Shown here: one piece after another, positions 51,351-64,000 of the stretch
How positions within the stretch are numbered: the first letter of the stretch is position 1
How the letters are laid out: each line of letters begins with the position of its first letter
Source: Escherichia coli
GTDB taxonomy: Bacteria > Pseudomonadota > Gammaproteobacteria > Enterobacterales > Enterobacteriaceae
Assembly (NCBI RefSeq): GCF_003991155.1
Contig: NZ_CP031293.1
Direction: 5' to 3' (one strand)
Length of the DNA: 64,000 nt
Program-made: the position numbers and the translations under genes
The notes under the pieces: generated by a model
What the model saw: the letters and a program-made list of their open reading frames with translations, nothing else
Told to the model about the DNA's origin: nothing
The model's database searches: none

Positions 51351-52787
51351 TCAGCGTTTGTAACCTCCGCCCAGCGCACCGGTGAGTTGAATGGAGGCAT
51401 CCAGCCACTGCCCTTGCAATAACAGGCCATTGGCCCGCTCACGCAGCGCGGGGATTCTGGCTTCGCTGACGCGGGAACCAGCAATGATGCCCGCGTTAAA
51501 GCGCGCCTGCGCAAGACCTACCACACGCAAGGCATCGTGCTCAATTTGCGCCTGATGCTGGTTTTTCTCCGCCAGTGTCTGAACCTGGCTGGCCGCCCGC
51601 GCCACGTCATTTACCGCTTCAACCACCGCTTTGTTGTAGCTGGCGATAGACAAGTTGCTTTCGGCTTTTGCGATATCGAGATTGGCGTTAAGACGACCAC
51701 TATCGAAAATGGGTAGCGTCAGGCCTGCCGTAACGCCCATTTGCTGCGCGGAATGACGGAACAGATCGCTTAAGTGCAACGCATCCTGTTGCAGAAAGGC
51801 CATCAGGTTGATGTCAGGATAAAATGCCGCTTTTGCCGCATCAATAGTGCTTAACGATGACTCAACGTACCAGTGCGCCGCCTGCAAATCTGCCCGCCGG
51901 GCCAGTAAGGAGTACCCGAGTTCATCAGGAAGCTGACTTGCCACTTTCGGCAACGCGACCGGTTTAAGCTTCAATGACTTTGTCTGGTGGTTGGTGAGCG
52001 CACTTAACCGTGCCTCAATAATTTTCATTTTCCCCGCGACATCGTTGAGCTGCTGCCGGGTTTTGCTGGCATTAATATCGGTTTCCACACCTTCAACTGA
52101 AGAAGTAATCCCGTTCTGATATAGCTGGCGATCGGTCGCGATAATGGTGTTCTGCTCTTTTTCGATTTGCTGCAAGACCGTGTTTAACGCCGCCTGGGTT
52201 TGCCACTCCCAGTACAGGCGGGCTACGCTGCCAGCCAGCAATTGGCAGGTTTGCTCGCGTTCCGCCGCCCGTGCTTTAACCGTACCGAGGCGAGCAGTAA
52301 CCTCCGCCCGATTCTTTCCCCAGATATCGAGATGCCAGCCCGCCGTTAAGCCAAAAGTACCGTTGGTGTACCACGGACCGGTCGTACCTGCGGCAGGATC
52401 GTTCAGAGCAAACGGCCCCATTAACCCTTCTGCAGACATTTTTTGCCGCTCCATATCCGCAGAAAAGTCGATCTGCGGACCATCCTGAGTGGCAACTGCC
52501 TTCGCCTGGGCTTCAGCCAGCTGAATGCGCTGTTCAGCCACCTGCATATCCGGTGCGTTCTGTAGTGCATTGTTAATTAATGAAGTGAGTTGATTATCGT
52601 GATACTCCAGCCACCATTGGCTGTCTGGCCAACCATTTTTCAGCGCCGTGGGTAATGCGGTGTCAACTTGTGCCGCGGGTGTTTGCTGGCTTAACGCCTG
52701 GCGGGTTTCATGCATAGGCGCACACCCGGCCAGCATCAGTAACAGCGGAAAACAGGCGATGGCTGGATAAAAAGAATCACGATTCAT
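51351..52787 (-). CDS. mdtQ: Outer-membrane efflux lipoprotein MdtQ (YohG), apparently intact
   Basis: Start trimmed to MNRDSFYPAIACFPLLLMLAGC (lipobox), 478 aa with no internal stop. Confidence 0.85.
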   Translation of the reverse strand: MNRDSFYPAIACFPLLLMLAGCAPMHETRQALSQQTPAAQVDTALPTALKNGWPDSQWWLEYHDNQLTSLINNALQNAPDMQVAEQRIQLAEAQAKAVATQDGPQIDFSADMERQKMSAEGLMGPFALNDPAAGTTGPWYTNGTFGLTAGWHLDIWGKNRAEVTARLGTVKARAAEREQTCQLLAGSVARLYWEWQTQAALNTVLQQIEKEQNTIIATDRQLYQNGITSSVEGVETDINASKTRQQLNDVAGKMKIIEARLSALTNHQTKSLKLKPVALPKVASQLPDELGYSLLARRADLQAAHWYVESSLSTIDAAKAAFYPDINLMAFLQQDALHLSDLFRHSAQQMGVTAGLTLPIFDSGRLNANLDIAKAESNLSIASYNKAVVEAVNDVARAASQVQTLAEKNQHQAQIEHDALRVVGLAQARFNAGIIAGSRVSEARIPALRERANGLLLQGQWLDASIQLTGALGGGYKR

Positions 52788-53010
52788 GGGGGAATAATCA
52801 GGTAAGAAAAGGTGCGCGGAGATTACCGTGTGTTGCGATATATTTTTTAGTTTCGCGTGGCAATACATCAGTAGCAATAAAACGACATATCCAGAAAAAT
52901 ATACACTAAGTGAATGATATCTTCCGATTTATCTTAATCGTTTATGGATAACGGCAAAGGGCTTCGTTTTTTCCTATACTTATTCAGCACTCACAAATAA
53001 AGGAACGCCA

Positions 53011-53094
53011 ATGAAAATTATACTCTGGGCTGTATTGATTATTTTCCTGATTGGGCTACTGGTGGTGACTGGCGTATTTAAGATGATATTTTAA
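53011..53094 (+). CDS. yohP: Small membrane protein YohP (27 aa)
   Basis: Found by eye: MKIILWAVLIIFLIGLLVVTGVFKMIF with AAGGAA upstream. Confidence 0.8.
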   Translation: MKIILWAVLIIFLIGLLVVTGVFKMIF

Positions 53095-54560
53095 AATTAA
53101 TTAATGTCATCAGGTCCGAAAATAACGAGAATAGTTCAGTCTCTCATCCTGTTGCGCTCCTGTCATGTGCATTGCTTCATATCATCACTGGCGCAAGGAG
53201 CGCGCAGGGGGCGGCCAGTCGCCGTCGCCCCCTGCACCCCCGGGCTCTGGCGAACAAAATCGCCGCTGCGCGGTACCCTCGGCTTATCCCTTGCTGCTAC
53301 CGGGTCGGGCGCGAGGTAACATATATGGACGCTCCCGGAATGCAATGCTTTCTTCAGTTATGTAATAAAACGGGTAGGTGCAGCCATATATCCGGTTTCT
53401 GATGGGATTTTTATCCCGAACCATGATGAAATCCGCCAGGCAGGTACCAATCATCCTCTACGGGCTAACTTGCCCTTGTTACCTCTCGGTGTATCCTGCC
53501 TGCGGTCTTACCTGTTTTGCCATCTTCTGAAGTCACCTGCACCTCCCAGGACGTTAACTTTTTTTCAGCACCTCGTCAGATTGACTGACCTTGTGTCAGG
53601 CGAGCTGCCGAGGTTGATATTCAGTATTGTGTGACAACATTGACCACATGATCCTCGCTGTTTTTGCCGCCATGGCGACAACAGCTACATTGTAGTGCTT
53701 CCGCTCAAGGAGTCCCTGAAGCCAGGAATTCTCCTCAACCGCGCCGTTTCGGTTGACCCAGGCGGTAAGTGCGCGTGCGCCGTGAACCAGCAGGTATCGG
53801 AAATATCCATCTCCACGTTTGCTGATCCCTCCCAGTTGCTGTTTCCCGCCGCTGGAATGTTCCTTTGGTGTCAGCCCCAGCCATGAAGCGAACTGCTTTG
53901 CGGTACTGAATTGTCGGGCATTACCCACTGCTGCTACCACATAAGTGGCCGTTAGCATGCCAACCCCCGGGATCTTGGCCATTCTCTGGCAGGCTTCCTG
54001 CGTTCTATACCAGGAGGCCAGAGCTTCTTCTACCTGTTTAACTTGTTCTTCAAGTTCCCGGATATGTTTAGACTGTCTGTAGATGCTGGTTCTGACAAAG
54101 GGAGATAAACCATTTTCGCCATCCTCCAGAATGGCTGGCAGCTCACGTGTTAAATGGCTTTGTCCGGCCGCAATCGTAATACCAAACTCAGCAAGTGTGG
54201 CTCTTAAACTATTGGCACAGGCAATCCGCTCACGGATAAGTATTCCCCGTTCAGTGTGTAACGCTAAAACGGCCTGCTGCTCTTCGGTTTTTATCTGAAC
54301 AAAACGCATATTCGGACGGGTTACCGCTTCGCAGATTGCTTCAGCATCTGCTGCATCCGTCTTGTTCGTTTTCACATAAGGCTTCACATACTGCGGAGGT
54401 ATGAGTTTTACCTCATGACCATAGCGGGTGAATAATCGCGCAAAATAATGACTGGATGAGCAGGCTTCCATGCCAATCAGACAAGGTTCCAGTTGAATCA
54501 CAAACTGAACAAACTTAGCCCGGGTGAGCTTTTTACGCAAAATAGTATGGCCTTCATGAT

Positions 54561-55810
<1,250 letters not shown>

Positions 55811-56221
55811 CCACTACAGATCGACACCATGAAGCTGAAAAACGTTCTTTGCCAGGTCGATACCAAGAGTTGATACTTTCATGTGGACGCTCCTAATTTT
55901 TCAGGACGTATTGCAACGATCCAGTCTGGTACTTTGATACCGTAAAATCTGGAGCGTCCATCTCATTATCCCTGTAAAACGCGCCCTCAGCCCACATCCA
56001 TGTGGGCTGCCCCGCCCTTCAGGGAACGCCTCGGCGATTTTGACGCCACCAACACCGGTGCGGTTTGTAATTAAAGCGCAAGAACATCTTTAAATGAAAA
56101 CGAATACTCTACTGCTCCTTATGCATAACATTTCCTTTTAATTGCAACTTTACTCGTCCTTCCGCTTTCAGTAGTGTGTCATCGCGCATTTCGACTTCAT
56201 CTTTGCAAGGACTGGGTTTTC

Positions 56222-57121
56222 ATGTTTTCTGGGCTGTTAATCATTCTGGTTCCCCTGATTGTGGGTTACCTCATTCCGCTTCGCCAAAAAGCTGCATTAA
56301 GAGTTATTAATCAGCTATTAAGCTGGATGGTTTACCTTATTCTCTTTTTTATGGGTATCAGTCTGGCGTTTCTCGATAACCTCGCCAGTAACCTGTTGGC
56401 GATTCTGCATTATTCTGCTGTCAGTATTACCGTTATTTTACTGTGTAATATTGCCGCCCTGATGTGGCTGGAGCGCGGCCTGCCATGGCGCAACCACCAT
56501 CATCAAGAAAAACTCCCGTCGCGTATTGCGATGGCGCTGGAGTCGCTAAAACTGTGCGGCGTAGTAGTGATTGGTTTTGCCATTGGCCTGAGTGGACTGG
56601 CTTTCTTACAACATGCGACCGAAGCCAGTGAATACACCTTAATTCTGCTACTTTTCCTCGTCGGTATTCAGTTGCGCAATAATGGCATGACCTTAAAGCA
56701 GATTGTCCTTAATCGCCGGGGAATGATTGTCGCCGTGGTGGTGGTTGCCAGTTCATTAATTGGTGGTTTAATTAACGCCTTTATTCTTGATCTTCCCATC
56801 AATACCGCGCTGGCAATGGCCTCCGGTTTCGGCTGGTATTCTCTTTCCGGTATTTTATTGACCGAATCTTTTGGTCCGGTAATCGGGAGCGCGGCGTTTT
56901 TTAATGATCTGGCCCGTGAGCTGATTGCTATTATGTTGATCCCTGGGCTGATTCGCCGTAGCCGCTCGACTGCACTGGGCTTATGTGGTGCGACGTCGAT
57001 GGATTTCACCCTGCCCGTTCTTCAACGTACTGGCGGGCTGGATATGGTCCCGGCGGCGATTGTTCACGGTTTTATTCTTAGCCTGTTAGTGCCGATCCTC
57101 ATCGCCTTTTTCTCTGCATAA
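56222..57121 (+). CDS. lysO: Lysine exporter LysO (YbjE)
   Basis: Start trimmed to MFSGLLIILVPLIVGYLIPL, 299 aa, multi-pass membrane protein. Confidence 0.9.
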   Translation: MFSGLLIILVPLIVGYLIPLRQKAALRVINQLLSWMVYLILFFMGISLAFLDNLASNLLAILHYSAVSITVILLCNIAALMWLERGLPWRNHHHQEKLPSRIAMALESLKLCGVVVIGFAIGLSGLAFLQHATEASEYTLILLLFLVGIQLRNNGMTLKQIVLNRRGMIVAVVVVASSLIGGLINAFILDLPINTALAMASGFGWYSLSGILLTESFGPVIGSAAFFNDLARELIAIMLIPGLIRRSRSTALGLCGATSMDFTLPVLQRTGGLDMVPAAIVHGFILSLLVPILIAFFSA

Positions 57122-57154
57122 TACCTCTCTGGCGGTAGATCCCTGCCGCCAAAA

Positions 57155-57168
57155 TTGCGCTAAATCAA
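57155..57168. promoter_or_regulatory. Candidate FNR-like site upstream of hcp
   Basis: TTGCGctaaATCAA resembles TTGAT-N4-ATCAA with two mismatches in the left half. Low confidence. Confidence 0.25.
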
Positions 57169-57264
57169 TCTCCCCTAAAGTTGCATTAAAAATCTCTTTT
57201 ATCCCCGCGTTAAGCGTCTTAACCTTAAACATGTATATTAAATATAACTTTAAAAGGTGTGATC

Positions 57265-58917
57265 ATGTTTTGTGTGCAATGTGAACAAACTATCCGTACT
57301 CCGGCAGGAAACGGCTGCTCATACGCGCAGGGGATGTGTGGTAAAACGGCGGAAACCTCTGACCTTCAGGATTTACTCATCGCGACGCTGCAAGGGCTTT
57401 CGGCCTGGGCAGTGAAAGCACGTGAATACGGCATCATCAACCACGATGTAGACAGCTTTGCGCCACGTGCCTTTTTCTCAACCCTGACCAACGTTAACTT
57501 CGATTCTCCGCGTATTGTCGGCTACGCTCGTGAAGCGATTGCCCTGCGCGAGGCGCTGAAAGCACAGTGCCTGGCTGTAGATGCCAACGCCCGCGTCGAT
57601 AACCCGATGGCTGACCTGCAACTGGTGAGTGACGATCTCGGCGAGCTGCAACGTCAGGCGGCGGAATTTACTCCCAATAAAGATAAAGCTGCGATTGGCG
57701 AAAACATTCTCGGCCTGCGTCTGCTGTGCCTGTATGGCCTGAAAGGTGCGGCGGCCTATATGGAACACGCACACGTTCTCGGTCAATACGACAACGATAT
57801 TTATGCCCAGTACCATAAAATCATGGCGTGGCTGGGGACCTGGCCTGCCGATATGAACGCGCTTCTTGAGTGTTCAATGGAAATCGGCCAGATGAACTTC
57901 AAAGTGATGAGCATTCTGGATGCAGGCGAAACCAGTAAATACGGTCACCCGACGCCAACCCAGGTCAACGTCAAAGCGACGGCAGGTAAATGCATTCTGA
58001 TTTCCGGTCACGATCTCAAAGATCTCTACAACCTGCTGGAACAGACCGAAGGCACGGGCGTTAATGTCTACACCCACGGTGAAATGCTGCCTGCGCATGG
58101 CTACCCGGAGCTGCGTAAATTCAAGCATCTGGTCGGTAACTACGGCAGCGGCTGGCAGAATCAGCAAGTGGAGTTCGCTCGTTTCCCTGGCCCCATCGTG
58201 ATGACCTCGAACTGCATCATCGACCCAACCGTAGGCGCTTATGACGATCGTATCTGGACCCGCAGCATCGTTGGCTGGCCGGGTGTGCGTCATCTGGATG
58301 GCGAAGATTTCTCTGCGGTCATCGCCCAGGCGCAACAGATGGCGGGCTTCCCGTACAGCGAAATTCCGCACCTGATCACCGTGGGCTTTGGTCGCCAGAC
58401 ACTGCTTGGCGCAGCCGATATGCTGATTGATCTGGTGAGCCGTGAAAAACTGCGTCATATCTTCCTGCTTGGCGGCTGTGACGGCGCACGCGGCGAGCGT
58501 CACTACTTCACCGATTTCGCCACCAGCGTGCCGGATGACTGCCTGATCCTGACCCTCGCTTGCGGTAAATATCGCTTTAATAAACTTGAGTTTGGCGATA
58601 TCGAAGGTCTGCCGCGTCTGGTAGATGCTGGTCAGTGTAACGATGCTTACTCAGCAATTATTCTGGCGGTAACGCTGGCAGAGAAACTGGGCTGCGGAGT
58701 CAACGATCTGCCGCTGTCGCTGGTGCTCTCCTGGTTTGAACAGAAAGCGATTGTCATTCTGCTGACGCTGCTTTCTCTGGGTGTGAAAAATATCGTCACC
58801 GGCCCGACTGCACCTGGTTTCCTGACACCAGACCTGCTGGCGGTGCTGAACGAGAAATTCGGCCTGCGTTCTATCACCACTGTTGAAGAAGACATGAAGC
58901 AACTGTTGAGCGCGTAA
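57265..58917 (+). CDS. hcp: Hybrid-cluster protein (hydroxylamine reductase) Hcp
   Basis: Start trimmed to MFCVQCEQT, 550 aa; N-terminal Cys cluster. Confidence 0.95.
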   Translation: MFCVQCEQTIRTPAGNGCSYAQGMCGKTAETSDLQDLLIATLQGLSAWAVKAREYGIINHDVDSFAPRAFFSTLTNVNFDSPRIVGYAREAIALREALKAQCLAVDANARVDNPMADLQLVSDDLGELQRQAAEFTPNKDKAAIGENILGLRLLCLYGLKGAAAYMEHAHVLGQYDNDIYAQYHKIMAWLGTWPADMNALLECSMEIGQMNFKVMSILDAGETSKYGHPTPTQVNVKATAGKCILISGHDLKDLYNLLEQTEGTGVNVYTHGEMLPAHGYPELRKFKHLVGNYGSGWQNQQVEFARFPGPIVMTSNCIIDPTVGAYDDRIWTRSIVGWPGVRHLDGEDFSAVIAQAQQMAGFPYSEIPHLITVGFGRQTLLGAADMLIDLVSREKLRHIFLLGGCDGARGERHYFTDFATSVPDDCLILTLACGKYRFNKLEFGDIEGLPRLVDAGQCNDAYSAIILAVTLAEKLGCGVNDLPLSLVLSWFEQKAIVILLTLLSLGVKNIVTGPTAPGFLTPDLLAVLNEKFGLRSITTVEEDMKQLLSA

Positions 58918-58928
58918 GGAGTTTGTCG

Positions 58929-59897
58929 ATGACGATGCCAACGAATCAATGCCCGTGGCGGATGCAGGTTCATCACATTACGCAAGAAACGCCGGATGTG
59001 TGGACGATTTCCCTGATTTGCCACGATTACTACCCATATCGCGCCGGGCAATATGCACTGGTCAGCGTGCGTAACTCAGCGGAAACGCTGCGTGCTTACA
59101 CCATTTCCTCCACGCCAGGCGTGAGTGAATACATTACCCTGACTGTGCGGCGGATTGATGACGGTGTCGGCTCCCAGTGGCTGACGCGCGATGTAAAACG
59201 CGGTGATTATCTCTGGCTTTCGGACGCGATGGGGGAATTTACCTGCGACGATAAAGCAGAAGATAAATTCCTGTTGCTGGCGGCAGGCTGCGGCGTTACG
59301 CCGATTATGTCGATGCGTCGCTGGCTGGCGAAGAACCGTCCACAGGCCGATGTGCAGGTGATCTACAACGTGCGTACGCCGCAGGATGTGATTTTCGCCG
59401 ATGAGTGGCGTAACTATCCGGTAACGCTGGTGGCGGAAAATAACGTTACCGAAGGCTTTATCGCTGGTCGTCTCACTCGCGAACTGCTGGCAGGTGTCCC
59501 TGATTTAGCCTCACGTACCGTGATGACCTGTGGCCCTGCTCCATATATGGATTGGGTAGAGCAGGAAGTGAAAGCGCTCGGCGTGACGCGTTTCTTTAAA
59601 GAGAAATTCTTCACCCCAGTAGCGGAAGCGGCGACCAGCGGTCTGAAATTCACCAAACTGCAACCGGCACGAGAATTTTACGCCCCGGTTGGCACCACGC
59701 TACTGGAGGCGCTGGAAAGCAATAACGTTCCGGTTGTCGCCGCCTGCCGTGCAGGTGTTTGCGGCTGCTGTAAGACAAAAGTGGTTTCCGGTGAATATAC
59801 GGTGAGCAGCACAATGACGCTGACCGACGCCGAAATCGCTGAAGGTTACGTGCTGGCCTGCTCCTGCCATCCGCAGGGAGATTTGGTTCTCGCATAA
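58929..59897 (+). CDS. hcr: NADH oxidoreductase Hcr (FAD and 2Fe-2S)
   Basis: Start trimmed to MTMPTNQCPW, 322 aa; C-terminal ferredoxin-type CRAGVCGCC motif. Confidence 0.93.
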   Translation: MTMPTNQCPWRMQVHHITQETPDVWTISLICHDYYPYRAGQYALVSVRNSAETLRAYTISSTPGVSEYITLTVRRIDDGVGSQWLTRDVKRGDYLWLSDAMGEFTCDDKAEDKFLLLAAGCGVTPIMSMRRWLAKNRPQADVQVIYNVRTPQDVIFADEWRNYPVTLVAENNVTEGFIAGRLTRELLAGVPDLASRTVMTCGPAPYMDWVEQEVKALGVTRFFKEKFFTPVAEAATSGLKFTKLQPAREFYAPVGTTLLEALESNNVPVVAACRAGVCGCCKTKVVSGEYTVSSTMTLTDAEIAEGYVLACSCHPQGDLVLA

Positions 59898-60029
59898 TCG
59901 CCTGATGCCCGATGATATTCCTTTCATCGGGCTATTTAACCGTTAGTGCCTCCTTTTTCTCCCATCCCTTCCCCCTCCGTCAGATGAACTAAACTTGTTA
60001 CCGTTATCACATTCAGGAGATGGAGAACC

Positions 60030-61748
60030 ATGAAACAAACGGTTGCAGCTTATATCGCCAAAACACTCGAATCGGCAGGCGTGAAACGCATCTGGGGAGT
60101 CACGGGCGACTCTCTGAACGGTCTTAGTGACAGTCTTAATCGCATGGGCACCATCGAGTGGATGTCCACCCGCCATGAAGAAGTAGCGGCGTTTGCCGCT
60201 GGCGCTGAAGCACAACTTTCAGGAGAACTGGCGGTCTGTGCCGGATCGTGCGGCCCCGGCAACCTGCACTTAATCAACGGCCTGTTCGATTGCCACCGCA
60301 ATCACGTTCCGGTACTGGCGATTGCCGCTCATATTCCCTCCAGCGAAATTGGCAGCGGCTATTTCCAGGAAACCCACCCACAAGAGCTATTCCGCGAATG
60401 TAGTCACTATTGCGAGCTGGTTTCCAGCCCGGAGCAAATCCCACAAGTGCTGGCGATTGCCATGCGCAAAGCAGTGCTAAACCGTGGCGTTTCCGTTGTC
60501 GTGTTACCGGGCGACGTGGCGTTAAAACCTGCACCAGAAGGGGCAACTACCCACTGGTATCATGCGCCACAGCCAGTCGTGACGCCGGAAGAAGAAGAGT
60601 TACGCAAACTGGCGCAACTGCTGCGTTACTCCAGCAATATCGCCCTGATGTGCGGCAGTGGCTGCGCGGGGGCGCATAAAGAGTTAGTTGAGTTTGCCGG
60701 GAAAATTAAAGCGCCTATTGTTCATGCCCTGCGCGGTAAAGAGCATGTCGAATACGATAACCCGTATGATGTCGGAATGACGGGATTAATCGGCTTCTCG
60801 TCAGGTTTCCATACCATGATGAATGCCGATACGTTAGTGCTGCTCGGCACGCAATTTCCCTACCGCGCGTTCTACCCGACCGATGCCAAAATTATTCAGA
60901 TTGATATCAACCCAGCCAGCATCGGCGCGCATAGCAAGGTAGATATGGCGCTGGTCGGCGATATCAAATCAACCCTGCGGGCATTGCTGCCACTGGTGGA
61001 AGAAAAAACCGATCGCAAGTTTCTGGATAAAGCGCTGGAAGATTACCGCGACGCCCGCAAAGGGCTGGATGATTTAGCTAAACCGAGCGAGAAAGCCATT
61101 CACCCGCAATATCTGGCGCAGCAAATTAGTCATTTTGCCGCCGATGACGCCATCTTTACCTGTGACGTTGGTACGCCAACGGTGTGGGCGGCACGTTATC
61201 TGAAAATGAACGGCAAGCGTCGTCTGTTAGGTTCGTTTAACCACGGTTCGATGGCTAACGCCATGCCGCAGGCGCTGGGTGCGCAGGCAACCGAGCCGGA
61301 ACGTCAGGTGGTCGCCATGTGCGGCGATGGCGGTTTCAGTATGTTGATGGGCGATTTCCTCTCAGTAATGCAGATGAAATTGCCAGTGAAAATTATCGTC
61401 TTTAATAACAGCGTGCTGGGCTTTGTGGCGATGGAGATGAAAGCCGGAGGCTACCTGACAGACGGTACTGAGCTGCACGACACCAACTTTGCCCGCATTG
61501 CCGAAGCGTGCGGAATTACGGGTATTCGCGTGGAAAAAGCCTCTGAAGTCGATGAAGCCCTGCAACGCGCCTTTTCCATCGACGGTCCGGTGTTGGTGGA
61601 TGTGGTAGTAGCCAAAGAAGAGTTAGCCATTCCACCGCAGATCAAACTTGAACAGGCCAAAGGATTTAGCTTGTATATGTTGCGCGCAATCATCAGCGGA
61701 CGCGGTGATGAAGTGATCGAACTGGCGAAAACGAACTGGCTAAGGTAA
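60030..61748 (+). CDS. poxB: Pyruvate oxidase PoxB (ubiquinone-dependent, TPP/FAD)
   Basis: 572 aa; thiamine-diphosphate enzyme signature (GDGGF). Confidence 0.96.
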   Translation: MKQTVAAYIAKTLESAGVKRIWGVTGDSLNGLSDSLNRMGTIEWMSTRHEEVAAFAAGAEAQLSGELAVCAGSCGPGNLHLINGLFDCHRNHVPVLAIAAHIPSSEIGSGYFQETHPQELFRECSHYCELVSSPEQIPQVLAIAMRKAVLNRGVSVVVLPGDVALKPAPEGATTHWYHAPQPVVTPEEEELRKLAQLLRYSSNIALMCGSGCAGAHKELVEFAGKIKAPIVHALRGKEHVEYDNPYDVGMTGLIGFSSGFHTMMNADTLVLLGTQFPYRAFYPTDAKIIQIDINPASIGAHSKVDMALVGDIKSTLRALLPLVEEKTDRKFLDKALEDYRDARKGLDDLAKPSEKAIHPQYLAQQISHFAADDAIFTCDVGTPTVWAARYLKMNGKRRLLGSFNHGSMANAMPQALGAQATEPERQVVAMCGDGGFSMLMGDFLSVMQMKLPVKIIVFNNSVLGFVAMEMKAGGYLTDGTELHDTNFARIAEACGITGIRVEKASEVDEALQRAFSIDGPVLVDVVVAKEELAIPPQIKLEQAKGFSLYMLRAIISGRGDEVIELAKTNWLR

Positions 61749-61784
61749 AAAGGGTGGCATTTCCCGTCATAATAAGGACATGCC

Positions 61785-62786
61785 ATGATTGATTTACGCA
61801 GTGATACCGTTACCCGACCGAGCCGCGCCATGCTCGAAGCGATGATGGCCGCCCCGGTTGGGGACGACGTTTACGGAGACGACCCTACCGTTAATGCTCT
61901 GCAGGACTATGCAGCAGAGCTTTCCGGTAAAGAAGCCGCCATTTTTCTGCCGACCGGCACCCAGGCTAACCTGGTCGCTCTGCTCAGTCACTGCGAACGC
62001 GGCGAAGAGTATATTGTCGGTCAGGCCGCACACAACTATCTGTTTGAAGCCGGTGGCGCAGCGGTGCTGGGCAGTATTCAACCGCAACCCATCGACGCGG
62101 CTGCCGACGGCACGCTACCGCTGGATAAAGTGGCGATGAAAATCAAACCCGACGATATCCATTTCGCCCGCACCAAATTACTCAGTCTGGAAAACACTCA
62201 CAACGGCAAAGTGCTGCCGCGTGAATACCTCAAAGAAGCATGGGAATTTACCCGCGAGCGCAATCTGGCGCTGCATGTGGACGGTGCGCGCATCTTTAAT
62301 GCTGTGGTGGCTTACGGCTGCGAACTGAAAGAGATCACACAATATTGTGATTCGTTCACCATTTGCCTGTCGAAAGGTCTTGGGACGCCAGTCGGTTCAT
62401 TACTCGTCGGTAATCGTGATTACATTAAACGTGCCATTCGCTGGCGGAAAATGACAGGTGGCGGGATGCGCCAGTCCGGCATTCTGGCTGCCGCCGGAAT
62501 ATATGCCCTGAAAAATAACGTTGCGCGCTTGCAGGAAGACCACGACAACGCTGCCTGGATGGCGGAGCAGCTGCGTGAAGCAGGCGCGGATGTGATGCGT
62601 CAGGACACCAATATGCTGTTTGTTCGCGTCGGGGAAGAAAATGCTGCCGCGTTAGGCGAATACATGAAAGCGAGAAACGTGCTGATTAACGCCTCGCCGA
62701 TTGTCCGCCTGGTGACGCATCTTGACGTCTCGCGCGCTCAGCTGGCGGAAGTCGCCGCCCACTGGCGCGCATTCCTGGCGCGTTAA
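61785..62786 (+). CDS. ltaE: Low-specificity L-threonine aldolase LtaE
   Basis: 333 aa, PLP-dependent aldolase. Confidence 0.95.
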   Translation: MIDLRSDTVTRPSRAMLEAMMAAPVGDDVYGDDPTVNALQDYAAELSGKEAAIFLPTGTQANLVALLSHCERGEEYIVGQAAHNYLFEAGGAAVLGSIQPQPIDAAADGTLPLDKVAMKIKPDDIHFARTKLLSLENTHNGKVLPREYLKEAWEFTRERNLALHVDGARIFNAVVAYGCELKEITQYCDSFTICLSKGLGTPVGSLLVGNRDYIKRAIRWRKMTGGGMRQSGILAAAGIYALKNNVARLQEDHDNAAWMAEQLREAGADVMRQDTNMLFVRVGEENAAALGEYMKARNVLINASPIVRLVTHLDVSRAQLAEVAAHWRAFLAR

Positions 62787-62796
62787 GGAGGGAGAC

Positions 62797-64000
62797 GTGC
62801 CGCAACGCATTTTAGTTCTCGGTGCCAGTGGCTACATTGGTCAGCATCTGGTGCGAACACTCAGCCAGCAGGGGCATCAGATCCTGGCGGCGGCACGTCA
62901 TGTCGACAGGCTTGCAAAGCTGCAACTGGCAAATGTCAGTTGCCATAAAGTCGATCTCAGCTGGCCGGATAACCTTCCGGCCCTGTTGCAGGATATCGAT
63001 ACGGTCTATTTTCTGGTGCACAGCATGGGCGAAGGCGGCGATTTTATCGCTCAGGAGCGCCAGGTGGCTCTCAACGTCCGCGATGCGCTACGTGAAGTCC
63101 CAGTTAAGCAATTAATCTTTCTCAGTTCGTTGCAGGCCCCGCCACATGAGCAGTCGGACCATCTGCGCGCCCGTCAGGCTACGGCGGATATTCTTCGTGA
63201 AGCGGGTGTCCCGGTGACCGAATTGCGTGCCGGAATAATCGTTGGTGCAGGTTCAGCGGCGTTCGAAGTCATGCGCGATATGGTCTACAACCTGCCAGTG
63301 TTAACGCCGCCACGCTGGGTTCGTTCACGCACCACGCCCATCGCGCTGGAAAACTTGCTGCACTATCTGGTGGCGCTGTTAGATCATCCGGCCAGCGAAC
63401 ATCGCATCTTCGAAGCCGCCGGACCAGAAGTGCTCAGTTATCAGCAACAGTTTGAACATTTTATGGCGGTGAGCGGTAAGCGCCGCTGGTTGATCCCCAT
63501 CCCCTTTCCGACCCGCTGGATTTCGGTGTGGTTTCTCAATGTGATTACTTCCGTACCGCCCACCACCGCCAAAGCGTTGATTCAGGGGCTGAAACACGAT
63601 CTGCTGGCAGATGACACCGCGTTACGTGCACTCATCCCACAACGGCTGATTGCTTTCGATGACGCGGTACGTCGCACCCTGAAAGAGGAAGAAAAGCTGG
63701 TCAACTCCAGCGACTGGGGATACGACGCTCAGGCCTTTGCCCGCTGGCGACCGGAGTACGGTTATTTCGCCAAACAGGCGGGGTTTACCGTTAAAACGTC
63801 CGCCAGCCTTGCGGCTTTATGGCAGGTGGTGAATCAAATCGGCGGTAGAGAGCGTTATTTCTTTGGTAATATTTTGTGGCAGACCCGGGCGCTGATGGAC
63901 CGCGCGATCGGTCATAAGCTGGCAAAAGGCCGCCCGGAGCGTGAATATTTGCAGACCGGAGATGCGGTGGATAGCTGGAAAGTGATTGTCGTTGAACCGC
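62797..64000 (+). CDS. ybjT: NAD(P)-binding Rossmann-fold protein YbjT, 5' part only (runs off the window end)
   Basis: GTG start after GGAGGGAG; N-terminus [16 protein letters not shown] (GxxGxxG). Frame continuity to the window end not verified codon by codon. Confidence 0.7.
   Translation, partial: MPQRILVLGASGYIGQHLVRTLSQQGHQILAAARHVDRLAKLQLANVSCHKVDLSWPDNLPALLQDIDTVYFLVHSMGEGGDFIAQERQVALNVRDALREVPVKQLIFLSSLQAPPHEQSDHLRARQATADILREAGVPVTELRAGIIVGAGSAAFEVMRDMVYNLPVLTPPRWVRSRTTPIALENLLHYLVALLDHPASEHRIFEAAGPEVLSYQQQFEHFMAVSGKRRWLIPIPFPTRWISVWFLNVITSVPPTTAKALIQGLKHDLLADDTALRALIPQRLIAFDDAVRRTLKEEEKLVNSSDWGYDAQAFARWRPEYGYFAKQAGFTVKTSASLAALWQVVNQIGGRERYFFGNILWQTRALMDRAIGHKLAKGRPEREYLQTGDAVDSWKVIVVEP

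Noticed and set aside
57874-58503. Minus-strand 209-aa ORF inside hcp
   Set aside because: Antisense shadow ORF.

Overview
Enterobacterial (Escherichia coli-like) chromosomal window; gene identities are from my own recognition of the translated ORFs, not from a database search. Left to right: (1) the right-hand end of an integrative island (serine recombinase, XRE regulator, small secreted protein, McrA-like HNH nuclease, tyrosine integrase) abutting rcnR, with a 1.3-kb ORF-free, repeat-rich region at the window start; (2) a conserved core block rcnR-rcnA-rcnB, yehABCD fimbrial operon, yehE, mrp, metG; (3) three tandem large paralogous genes (two with an N-terminal WGR-like domain, the third being yehI), then yehK and the translationally coupled yehLMPQ cluster (MoxR-like AAA+ ATPase, large unknown protein, VWA protein, double SWIM zinc-finger protein), which is my best candidate for an uncharacterised system; (4) yehR, yehS, btsRS, mlrA, yohO, yehWXY-osmF, bglX, dld, pbpG, yohC, yohD, yohF, mdtQ, yohP; (5) an IS110-family element whose transposase gene is split by an IS3-family insertion with a 3-bp target duplication; (6) lysO, hcp-hcr, poxB, ltaE and the 5' part of ybjT, which from memory lie far from the yoh/yeh block in K-12, so the IS nest marks a synteny breakpoint. 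No rRNA, tRNA or CRISPR array was found.
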